A stretch of DNA of 64,000 nucleotides from Minisyncoccota bacterium (lineage in GTDB: Bacteria; Patescibacteriota; Minisyncoccia; Phycocordibacterales; Zambryskibacteraceae): contig JAGVCW010000018.1 in assembly GCA_020059045.1 (NCBI GenBank), positions 25,320 to 89,319 of the forward strand, given 5' to 3'. The position numbers and the translations under genes are program-made. Shown in pieces: positions 48,217 through 55,891 of this stretch (within the stretch, counting starts at the first letter, position 1; every line of letters starts with the position of its first letter). The notes under the pieces were generated by a model. It had not been told where the DNA came from. It did no database searches and worked only from the letters and a program-made list of their open reading frames with translations.

Positions 48217-49416
48217 ATGCCAAGTGATATCTCAGTCTTCGAGTCTATCGTAGAAGGTGACGACGAGCTCAAGAAGTTAATTGAAGAAATCGTACCAGAG
48301 CTCAAAATTCCTGTCCCTAAGCCCCAGAAACCAATTGGCTTCTTTAAAGCTATGAGTCAGGCCGTCAAGCATTGGTGGGGATTTAATTCTCCGGATGACG
48401 GATGGCGAGAAATTAAGGCATATCGGTACATGATGAGAAAACTGTGGGTGCAAAATGGCGCAAATATTGGCCTTGGTCTTGGACTAGCGAGTGGTGAAAA
48501 CCTGCTTGGTCTTGTTGCTCTAGGAGCAGCAGCGTCTTTTCTTATAGTCCACCTTAACCGAGACACGGAAGAACTTACAGGTGAGGTAATTCAAGGAAAA
48601 GGCTCTACAATTTGGTTCTTTTTTTCGTACATATACCTATTGTCCTTTGGTATGATTAACATGTTGCCAGGTCAAACTGACGGCATGTGGCTTATCAGTT
48701 TTATATTTCCTGTGTGGAGCTGGATCATATACGCCATAATGGAAATGAGAAAGTCGAGAGATAGGGCATCTAAGCCACACATTCGACCACCTCTTCCAGA
48801 TATCGAAGAGATTCAAAGACGATTCCTAGAAAAAATGAAGAGCGTTGTTGAGGAATCACAAAAAATGATTGTTGGTTCAGGATCCGAAGTTGGGAGACAA
48901 GTCGAAACGCTTAAAGGAAAGCAGTACAAAGCAGAGAACATTTTAAGAAGGTTTGAGGAACATTGTAAGAGAAGTCCCGATAACCAGGAGTACAAGCGTC
49001 AGTGTAACTTAGCGCGAGAGACAATACTCCTCTTCAAGGGTGACCTTTCAGCTCTTGAAGCTGAAAGAACAGAAGTTCTCCGTCAGTGTGGTGAAGTAGT
49101 ATCATTCATTCCACAAGAAACTGAACGTCTCGAGGTTGGCCAGCTTATCTCCGAGCTTGCAATTCTACGAGGCGAGGCACTCGAATCAAGGCAAGTATCA
49201 CGCTCGATCCTCATGGAAGCGGTAAGACCAATGATTGAGAAGTTTGTTCCACTTGCTGAGGCACGAGAGCGACTCCTAATGCATGCCAATGCTCTCATTG
49301 ATGGAGAACCAGGCAGCCTTGCAGGCTTTATTGGAGAAGCTGAATCTAGTGGTCAGAGGATTGCAGGTGTCGAAGGAGTTGAGCGCAAGCTGAGACTCCT
49401 CACAGGCGGAGAGTAG
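48217..49416 (+). CDS. hypothetical membrane protein with a C-terminal coiled-coil region
   Basis: 399 aa. A Gly-rich amphipathic segment plus 2 TM helices is followed by a long charged helical region. No family recognised. Confidence 0.5.
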   Translation: MPSDISVFESIVEGDDELKKLIEEIVPELKIPVPKPQKPIGFFKAMSQAVKHWWGFNSPDDGWREIKAYRYMMRKLWVQNGANIGLGLGLASGENLLGLVALGAAASFLIVHLNRDTEELTGEVIQGKGSTIWFFFSYIYLLSFGMINMLPGQTDGMWLISFIFPVWSWIIYAIMEMRKSRDRASKPHIRPPLPDIEEIQRRFLEKMKSVVEESQKMIVGSGSEVGRQVETLKGKQYKAENILRRFEEHCKRSPDNQEYKRQCNLARETILLFKGDLSALEAERTEVLRQCGEVVSFIPQETERLEVGQLISELAILRGEALESRQVSRSILMEAVRPMIEKFVPLAEARERLLMHANALIDGEPGSLAGFIGEAESSGQRIAGVEGVERKLRLLTGGE

Positions 49417-49518
49417 AATAATTTATTGTTTGCTGACGATGCCACCTTTTATAGGACTGGCATTTTTTCTTATTCTTTTACTTGCAGGCAAGCCATATTT
49501 TTAGGCACAAATTGGTGC

Positions 49519-49547
49519 TTGACAATCAGAACTAAATTTGATATACT
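49519..49547 (+). promoter_or_regulatory. strong sigma70-type promoter, TTGACA-N17-TATACT
   Basis: -35 TTGACA at 49519-49524 and -10 TATACT at 49542-49547. Confidence 0.55.
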
Positions 49548-49554
49548 ACATATA

Positions 49555-49852
49555 GCAGTACAACAAGGAGCATAAATGATGAACAGGAAGTTCGACCCTG
49601 GTTAAGTACCCACTTAACCAGGGGGAAGTATGCAGTTGCTCCACATGATCGTGACCGGCAAGGCAAAGCTCGTTGGGGTCGTGAACCCCGGCAACTCTCT
49701 CAACCAGGCGTTCTGGATTGCGGAGGCTCGTAGCCGCGGGTACCACACGTCACGGGCGATGAGCGGCTTCATTCTCATCTACCGCTAGTCTGCCACTCAA
49801 GCGGTCACAAAAACGCCGTCACCTTAACAAGTGACGGCGTTCCCATTTATTT
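49555..49852 (+). ncRNA. unclassified ~300 nt GC-rich structured transcript (candidate ncRNA or cis-regulatory leader) ending at a strong intrinsic terminator
   Basis: The promoter is immediately upstream. The region is GC-rich within an AT-rich genome and contains many hairpins, for example CCCTGGTTAAgtacccaCTTAACCAGGG. The terminator AACGCCGTCACcttaacaaGTGACGGCGTT plus a U-rich tail lies at 49812-49852. The only ORFs are a 9-codon upstream ORF and a spurious minus-strand 66 aa ORF. Confidence 0.35.
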
Positions 49853-49937
49853 GAAGTCCTTATAAGAAATTAGGGCTTGACGTTTCTATAAAATTTGTTA
49901 TTGTGACTTGATATTGTACCCTTAAACTGAGGTAAGG

Positions 49938-50186
49938 ATGAGCTCACTGTGCGGCAAAACTATTGAGATGATTCGAAGAGATTTTTTTCATCCCAGAAGC
50001 GTGCGAAAAATAATAGGTGTCGTTCACAACAAAGCAGAGTTAGAAGCAGGTATTTGGCTCCAAAAAGGGGCAATAGAAAATTCCGAAAGGACCTCAGAAA
50101 GGACTTCAGTGGACACTTTTCATCCTTGGCATAATGTTATAGACGTAAATCTGGATGTTCAAGTCCCGTCCCAGGAGCTTAAATGA
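49938..50186 (+). CDS. hypothetical small protein (first of an overlapping pair)
   Basis: 82 aa, with a GAGGT RBS 7 nt upstream. Its stop overlaps the next ORF's start (ATGA). Confidence 0.4.
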   Translation: MSSLCGKTIEMIRRDFFHPRSVRKIIGVVHNKAELEAGIWLQKGAIENSERTSERTSVDTFHPWHNVIDVNLDVQVPSQELK

Positions 50187-50473
50187 AGAACCTCTTTGAG
50201 TGGTTCAAGTCCGTAAGCATTGCTCGTAAACAAAGGATTGCGAGGGTTACACTTGAGCGGGTGCAGGAGCTCAGCCGAACAATTTCAAGACTGCAAGATG
50301 AAAATCGTGATATTGCAGCCAAAATCAAACGCGGTTGTCACTACTCCATGTTTGATTTAGATACTATGAGATCGAATTTGAGAGCCATAAGTAGCGCTCA
50401 CGATGAACGCGCTACCTTACATAGAGATAATGCCCACAAGTGGCATCTTCCGTCACCAAAACGAGTCTTTTAA
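50183..50473 (+). CDS. hypothetical small protein (second of the overlapping pair)
   Basis: 96 aa, basic and helical (RIARVTLERVQELSRTISRLQDENRDIAAKIKR). It is translationally coupled to the upstream ORF. Confidence 0.4.
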   Translation: MKNLFEWFKSVSIARKQRIARVTLERVQELSRTISRLQDENRDIAAKIKRGCHYSMFDLDTMRSNLRAISSAHDERATLHRDNAHKWHLPSPKRVF

Positions 50474-50716
50474 CAGAGTCGTTTTTTTATTCTGTATTGA
50501 TGTCTCCTCTTTTATTATTCACCATTCTCTCACCTATCTCTAATGTACCGAAGGAGCTAGGGCGATGTTAAGCGAAGCTTAACGTTTAGACCAATGAGGT
50601 CACTCCGCCCTTTGGAAAACCACGGTTTTCCAACTCTCGTGATTACACGAACTGCCTTCCTCCACGGGAAAAGCAGAGTTTTCCCGACCCCTTTCTCACA
50701 CCTCATGTTCTGTAAA

Positions 50717-51130
50717 CTAGCGTTTACTCCACTGAGGTGCTTTTCTTGCTTTTTTGAGACCGAATTTTCGGCGCTCCTTCATTCTAGGATCACGTTTTAG
50801 AAATCCAGCCTCCTTTACCTTTTTGCGAAGTGTCTCATCATGCTTTACTAGTGCCCTTGCTATGCCGTGTCTCACAGCCCAAGCCTGCGATGATATCCCC
50901 CCTCCAACAATTTGTGCTGTTACCTTAAATTTCTCTGTGATCTTACTTTTATCAAAAGCCTCTCTCAAAGTATTCTGTAGCTCCTTTGTAGGGAAATAGA
51001 TTTCAAGCTCCTTACCGTTAACAGTGAAAGAGAACTTCGTCGCCTCAGTCATTCTAACTCTGGCAACAGATGTTTTTCTGCGTCCAACTGCCTCAATATA
51101 TTTTTCTTTTGATTTAGTATCTCTTTCCAT
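50717..51130 (-). CDS. rpsI: 30S ribosomal protein S9
   Basis: 137 aa ending in ...RRKFGLKKARKAPQWSKR. Confidence 0.92.
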   Translation of the reverse strand: MERDTKSKEKYIEAVGRRKTSVARVRMTEATKFSFTVNGKELEIYFPTKELQNTLREAFDKSKITEKFKVTAQIVGGGISSQAWAVRHGIARALVKHDETLRKKVKEAGFLKRDPRMKERRKFGLKKARKAPQWSKR

Positions 51131-51249
51131 CCCAGTACAAAAATTTTTATATAATTATTTCGCTAATAATACGTAATTTGAGACGCTTGTCCACACATTT
51201 TCATTGTTTACAGTTTGCTGAAATTTCATACGGGACAAGTATTTATTCT

Positions 51250-51621
51250 CTATTCGCTATTCTTTAGTTTCAAGTTTTTAATCATACGACTTCGGAGTTT
51301 GTTCTTTGGTAACATTCCATATATAACCTTCCGGAGAGCTTCGGGCGCACCTTTCTTTGCAATCACCTCTCCAAGGTTTTCAGTACGGAATCCACCTGGG
51401 TACCCAGAATACTTTGCATATACTTTTCCATCCTTTTTCTTTTCAGTAATATCTAGGAGAGACACATTCGTGATGGTGATAGCCACAACTGGCACGACGT
51501 TTCGAGCGAAATCTGTTCTGTTCTTCCCCATAAGCAACTTTGCCGCCTCGCTTGCGATTCTACCAAGTTTCTTTCCTTTTGCGTCAATAGTGTGATTAGT
51601 CATGGGATTCAATATAGCCAA
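51250..51621 (-). CDS. rplM: 50S ribosomal protein L13
   Basis: 123 aa, ...IDAKGKKLGRIASEAAKLLMGK... Confidence 0.92.
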   Translation of the reverse strand: MAILNPMTNHTIDAKGKKLGRIASEAAKLLMGKNRTDFARNVVPVVAITITNVSLLDITEKKKDGKVYAKYSGYPGGFRTENLGEVIAKKGAPEALRKVIYGMLPKNKLRSRMIKNLKLKNSE

Positions 51622-51626
51622 ATATA

Positions 51627-51974
51627 CTAAACAAACTCAATTATAGCCCTAGGACTTGCATCCTTCTTCCTTGAGCCAGTTTTTACAATTCTCGTGTACC
51701 CACCTTTTCTGTCCTTATACTTGGGTCCCACCACATCAAGAAGTTTCTTACCTGCTCTTGCACCCACCTGCGAAACAACACCTCTACGATCTGAAAGTGT
51801 AGCACGACGCGCGGAAGTTAGTAGCTTTTCAATAAAAGGTCTCAGTTCCTTAGCCTTTGGAAGTGTTGTTTCAATTTTTTCTCGAGTTATGAGAGACACG
51901 GCAAGAGCTTTCAAGAGTGCTTTTCTCTGATTCTTCGTTCTTCCAAATTTTCTGTTTTGATTGTGATGCCGCAT
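51627..51974 (-). CDS. rplQ: 50S ribosomal protein L17
   Basis: 115 aa, MRHHNQNRKFGRTKNQRKALLKAL... Confidence 0.92.
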   Translation of the reverse strand: MRHHNQNRKFGRTKNQRKALLKALAVSLITREKIETTLPKAKELRPFIEKLLTSARRATLSDRRGVVSQVGARAGKKLLDVVGPKYKDRKGGYTRIVKTGSRKKDASPRAIIEFV

Positions 51975-52045
51975 GAATCTTGTATGTGTTCTATTTGATT
52001 TAAGAATTACATTTATAACATCTATAACAATTAGAACATGTAAAC

Positions 52046-53002
52046 CTACTTAAGAGTTATGCCATACCCGCCAAGCATTTCCTTTATTTCAGAAATACCC
52101 TTTGCCCCAAGTCCCTCTACGTCAAGCAAATCTTTTTCCTTTTTGCGCGCTAGGCCTCCAACAGTACGGATATTTGCATTGGACAAAGCGTTTTGTGTAC
52201 GTGCGGAAAGGCCAATTGATTCGATTCGAGTTTTTAGAAACTCTGAATCAGGTTCTGCTTTATCAAGCTTCATAGAACTACCATCTGCTTTTTCCTCCAT
52301 CTCCATTTCCTCCTTAAATCCAACAATAGCCTTGAGTTGGTTTATCATCACTTCGATAGAAGTTTCAAGCGCTTCCTTGGGAGCAAGCGTTCCATCAGTT
52401 TCTATAAATATTTTGAGTCGATTGAAGTCTGTTCTATCCCCAACACGCATATTCTCTACTTCATAGCTAACTCTTCTGATAGGGGTGAATATTGCGTCAA
52501 GCGCGATTGTACCTATATCAACTCTGTTCTTTTGCAATACTTCTTTTGGTACATATCCCATACCACGCTCAACTGTCATTTGGATATCTAGCTCGGTGTT
52601 TTTGTCTGTAACATTTGCTACCACAAGCTCTGGGTTTAGGATCTCCACTTGACCTGGGTGCTCTATATCGCTTGCTACAATAGTTTTTTGCCCTTTGACC
52701 TTAAGAGTAAGAGTTTGTGGTTCAGAAGTTAGCATCTTCAAACGAATTTTCTTCAAATTTAAAATTATTGTTATCACATCCTCCTTCACGCCAGTCATTA
52801 CTGAGAACTCATGGCTAACACCAGCAATTTTAATGGTAGTAATAGCAGCTCCAGGCAGAGATGATAAGATAATTCTTCGTAGCGAATTTCCAAGTGTATG
52901 ACCGTATCCAGGATACAAGCCGTCTATCTCGTAGCTTCCAGTGAATTGGTCTTCTGTGACAATTCTTGGCTTAGAAGGCAAAATGATTGAATGTTCACTC
53001 AT
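52046..53002 (-). CDS. rpoA: DNA-directed RNA polymerase alpha subunit
   Basis: 318 aa with GHTLGNSLRRIILSSLPGAAI...HEFS and a C-terminal CTD HhH. Confidence 0.93.
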   Translation of the reverse strand: MSEHSIILPSKPRIVTEDQFTGSYEIDGLYPGYGHTLGNSLRRIILSSLPGAAITTIKIAGVSHEFSVMTGVKEDVITIILNLKKIRLKMLTSEPQTLTLKVKGQKTIVASDIEHPGQVEILNPELVVANVTDKNTELDIQMTVERGMGYVPKEVLQKNRVDIGTIALDAIFTPIRRVSYEVENMRVGDRTDFNRLKIFIETDGTLAPKEALETSIEVMINQLKAIVGFKEEMEMEEKADGSSMKLDKAEPDSEFLKTRIESIGLSARTQNALSNANIRTVGGLARKKEKDLLDVEGLGAKGISEIKEMLGGYGITLK

Positions 53003-53041
53003 GGTATTAAAATTATTTTTTAAATTAAAATTTATCCCTGA

Positions 53042-53653
53042 CTATCTACTATAAAATTCCAAGATTGCATTAATATCAAACAATGAATTCCCTGCATCAA
53101 ATTTCGGGTTACCATCGATCTTAGCCTCCTTCTTCCCTGCATCCACCTTAAGCCACGGTACAGAAGTAAACTTACTTGCTCGCTCCTCATAACTTGCAAA
53201 AAGAGGTTTCCTTGCACTAGCTGGACGTATGGAGACTACATCACCGAGAGAGAGCCTCATGGATGGGATTGTAATTCTTTTTGCATTAACCATCATATGC
53301 CCATGAGAGACTAGCTGCCTTGCCCCTTGTCTTGTGGTCGCAAACCCGGAGCGATAAGCTATATTGTCAGCCCGTAGTTCTAGCGTCTCATAGAGTTCTG
53401 TAACTGCATTGGAAGACTTCTTCGCAAGAGAACTCTTTACATATTTTGCAAATTGCTTTTCCGAGATTCCATAAGTATAGCGGGCCTTTTGTTTCTCAAT
53501 AAGTTGTAGACCGAAGTCTGATTTAGGGCGGGAGAATGACCTACCACTTTTGTCCTTGCGCTGTTGCGACTGCACAAACTTGTGTGTCTGCGTTTTCTCA
53601 AACACAGGCGCCCCAAGTCTTCTTGCAATTTTGTATTTTGGACCAATGCGCAT
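53042..53653 (-). CDS. rpsD: 30S ribosomal protein S4
   Basis: 203 aa, MRIGPKYKIARRLG..., with an S4 domain. Confidence 0.9.
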   Translation of the reverse strand: MRIGPKYKIARRLGAPVFEKTQTHKFVQSQQRKDKSGRSFSRPKSDFGLQLIEKQKARYTYGISEKQFAKYVKSSLAKKSSNAVTELYETLELRADNIAYRSGFATTRQGARQLVSHGHMMVNAKRITIPSMRLSLGDVVSIRPASARKPLFASYEERASKFTSVPWLKVDAGKKEAKIDGNPKFDAGNSLFDINAILEFYSR

Positions 53654-53749
53654 GGGTTAAAGTTAAAAGGTAATGTTTAAAATTTAAATTATTCGTTTCT
53701 TGGCCTGAATTATCATTTTGTTTCTTGATATTTCAGTTTTCAATTGACT

Positions 53750-54178
53750 TTATACTCTTCGTGGTTTCTTAGGCTTTGTACCATTATGTGGAACTGGAGT
53801 CATATCTCTAATAGATGTGAGATTCATCCCTTTTGAAAGGAATCCTCTTATACCTGATTCTCTGCCTGAGCCCACTCCTTTCACAATCACGGAAACCTCT
53901 TTTAGCCCCATGGCTTGCGCCTTGGTGCCCACTGTTTCTCCTACTTTTGCAGCTGCAAAAGGGGTTCCCTTCTTTGCGCCCCTGAACCCCAAGGACCCAC
54001 TAGATGACCAAGACAAGGTATTACCTTTTATATCTGTAAGTACGATCTTGGTGTTATTGTATGTCGATTCTACACAGAGAATCCCCACATCAGCCCTTTT
54101 CTTTGAAACCAAAGATACAGCCTGTTTAGACTGAGCTCCTTCTTCCCCTTCCTTTGTTATAATTCTTTTTTTTCCCAT
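53750..54178 (-). CDS. rpsK: 30S ribosomal protein S11
   Basis: 142 aa, ...ILCVESTYNNTKIVLTDIKGNTLSWSSSG... Confidence 0.92.
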   Translation of the reverse strand: MGKKRIITKEGEEGAQSKQAVSLVSKKRADVGILCVESTYNNTKIVLTDIKGNTLSWSSSGSLGFRGAKKGTPFAAAKVGETVGTKAQAMGLKEVSVIVKGVGSGRESGIRGFLSKGMNLTSIRDMTPVPHNGTKPKKPRRV

Positions 54179-54357
54179 TTATCTATTCCCACTTATTTTA
54201 TTTGAGCAGTCCCTAATGGTGCCCCTTAAAAATCTTATTTTACGAAAATAAACCCCCACTGGGCATGTTGTCCAGATAAGGTATTCATATGGACTACTAC
54301 TCTAACATGTGAGTAGAAATGTGCAAGCCCCACTTTTTAATAGTGCTTTCATGTGGC

Positions 54358-54738
54358 CTATTTCTTATCTGCAATCTTGCGCCCAGTACCCATGGTCTTT
54401 CTTACATTTCCACGTCTTGTCCTTGAGTTAGTCTTCGTCCTTTGGCCTCGCGCAGGTAGCCCTCGCATATGACGTACTCCTCTATAGGCTTTTATATCCT
54501 TAAGTCTCTTGATGTTTCCTGCAATCTCCCTTTTTAGATCTCCCTCTATTTTTATACTTTCTATTACCTTTCGAATGCTGTTTTCCTCTACTGCTGTTAT
54601 ATCTTTGGGCTTCATATCGTATGATACCTTCGCTTCAGTTAATATTTTTCTAGCCAAAGGTCGGCCAATGCCATATATCATGGTAAGAGCAATTTCCATC
54701 TTCTTTTCTTCAGGTAGTGTTATTCCAAGTATTCGCAT
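54358..54738 (-). CDS. rpsM: 30S ribosomal protein S13
   Basis: 126 aa, MRILGITLPEEKKMEIALTMIYGIGRPLARKIL... Confidence 0.92.
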   Translation of the reverse strand: MRILGITLPEEKKMEIALTMIYGIGRPLARKILTEAKVSYDMKPKDITAVEENSIRKVIESIKIEGDLKREIAGNIKRLKDIKAYRGVRHMRGLPARGQRTKTNSRTRRGNVRKTMGTGRKIADKK

Positions 54739-54822
54739 GTATTTTCTTATTTAGTATCTAAACTTATCAATCTTCTAAGCTACTTCCTAACTTATTAAAC
54801 TTTTTTAACTTATCAACTAACT

Positions 54823-54939
54823 CTATCCCTGCCTCTGCTTATGTCTAGGATTAGCTTTGCATATAACATAAACATAGCCCTTCCTTCGGACTACCTGACA
54901 CTTGGTGCACATCTTTTTTACTGAAGCCTTAACTTTCAT
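54823..54939 (-). CDS. rpmJ: 50S ribosomal protein L36 (below the ORF-track size cutoff)
   Basis: Manual translation of the minus strand gives [38 protein letters not shown] (38 aa, a C-x2-C...C...H zinc ribbon). The ATG overlaps the terminal inverted repeat of repeat copy 2. Confidence 0.85.
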   Translation of the reverse strand: MKVKASVKKMCTKCQVVRRKGYVYVICKANPRHKQRQG

Positions 54940-55062
54940 CCCGTTAGATGTAAGGAGTCCTTAGACTCCTGTCTTGCTAGGTTATTAAATAAAACTCTAT
55001 TTCGGTCATCTGACATATACAAATTTATCATTATTCTTTACCTCGACTACATCTAACGGGAT
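54938..55062 (-). repeat. TIR-bounded ~125 bp element, copy 2, oriented so that its terminal repeat ends in the rpmJ ATG
   Basis: ATCCCGTTAGA at 54938-54948 and TCTAACGGGAT at 55052-55062. On the minus strand it reads ...CCTTACATCTAACGGG-ATG-AAAGTT. An internal hairpin CAGGAGTCtaagGACTCCT is present. It is about 75% identical to copy 1. Confidence 0.7.
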
Positions 55063-55149
55063 TCATCCCACAATATAATCTAATCAAATATACGAATTAA
55101 GATTGTACATGAGATAGTATTATAGTCAACAAAGAGTGGTATGGTTGAT

Positions 55150-55175
55150 ATTTCCGTCGGGAAGCTTCCGGAAAT
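55150..55175. promoter_or_regulatory. 26 bp near-perfect palindrome (operator-like) just upstream of the 55185 gene
   Basis: ATTTCCGtcGGGAAGCTTCCgGAAAT, centred on AAGCTT and ending 10 nt before the GTG start. Confidence 0.35.
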
Positions 55176-55184
55176 AATGCTACT

Positions 55185-55649
55185 GTGCTACAAATAAACA
55201 GGACCCTCCACCTAGAGGTAGCTGTGCAAAGACGTTACTACGCAATTATTCTTTTGTTGACGCTTGTTGGTCTCCTAGCAACAGCTCTGTTTGGATTAGT
55301 TCAAACGCCTGAAGAAGTGTTAGGGGCTCTTGCTTTAATAGGCACATTTTGTACCTTGGCAATCTACAACTTTCCGCATAATCGTCAATTACGACTTCAT
55401 AGGGAAATGAAGTTTGTTCTTGAGGAGATTCGTTTCATTGATAGCGAGATCGCTAACCTAGAAATCAGCAAATGGCGAATTAAAGCAGAGTACCCTATTG
55501 GTAGATCTCAAGCTCTACCACAAATATCTTGGTACCAAGCATGGAACCACAAGGAGAGAATTAGAGAATTAAAGGCAAGAAAACCAGAACGCGTTGAGAG
55601 ACTTTTCGCGCTTGTGATGAATTCCAAAATACCACTTACAATCGATTAA
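55185..55649 (+). CDS. hypothetical 2-TM membrane protein inserted between infA and rpmJ on the opposite strand
   Basis: 154 aa with a GTG start, two TM helices and a charged C-terminal helix. It is antisense to the flanking conserved ribosomal operon. Confidence 0.45.
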   Translation: MLQINRTLHLEVAVQRRYYAIILLLTLVGLLATALFGLVQTPEEVLGALALIGTFCTLAIYNFPHNRQLRLHREMKFVLEEIRFIDSEIANLEISKWRIKAEYPIGRSQALPQISWYQAWNHKERIRELKARKPERVERLFALVMNSKIPLTID

Positions 55650-55669
55650 TGAGTGGTTTTTTTAATTTC

Positions 55670-55891
55670 TTAGAGTCTTCTAATAATTCTTCCTTTACCA
55701 CCATATGGATCAATTTCTACTTCTACACTATCACCGACAAGAATACGGATTTTATGCATACGCATTTTGCCCGATAGATACGCGAGGAATTCCTCTGCAC
55801 CGTTTTCAGGCATTACTTTAAACAAAATATTTGGGAATGCTTCGGTTACTTTTCCTATAATTATTTCTTGTTTTTTTGTTGGGTCAGGCAT
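55670..55891 (-). CDS. infA: translation initiation factor IF-1
   Basis: 73 aa S1-like OB fold, ...[51 protein letters not shown]... Confidence 0.9.
   Translation of the reverse strand: MPDPTKKQEIIIGKVTEAFPNILFKVMPENGAEEFLAYLSGKMRMHKIRILVGDSVEVEIDPYGGKGRIIRRL

Noticed and set aside
49546-49746. A 66 aa minus-strand ORF, and tmRNA, SRP or 6S RNA identity for the 49555-49852 structured RNA.
   Set aside because: The ORF is antisense to a promoter-driven transcript and has no RBS. For tmRNA I found no acceptor/T-arm with a TTCRANY loop and no ANDENYALAA-type tag frame. For SRP I found no GGAAG...AGCAGC domain. The region stays an unclassified RNA.
50150-50175. GTTCAAGTCC, which resembles a tRNA T-loop.
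   Set aside because: The flanking 5-mers are not complementary (no T-stem) and no acceptor or anticodon arms are evident. It lies inside the coding sequence of the 49938 ORF.
51131-51249. Hairpin CTTGTCC...GGGACAAG in the rplM-rpsI spacer as a possible L13 autoregulatory leader.
   Set aside because: The known L13-binding leader lies upstream of rplM, not between rplM and rpsI. Here rplQ and rplM are adjacent. The hairpin is more likely an intra-operon processing or attenuation signal, and there is no further evidence.
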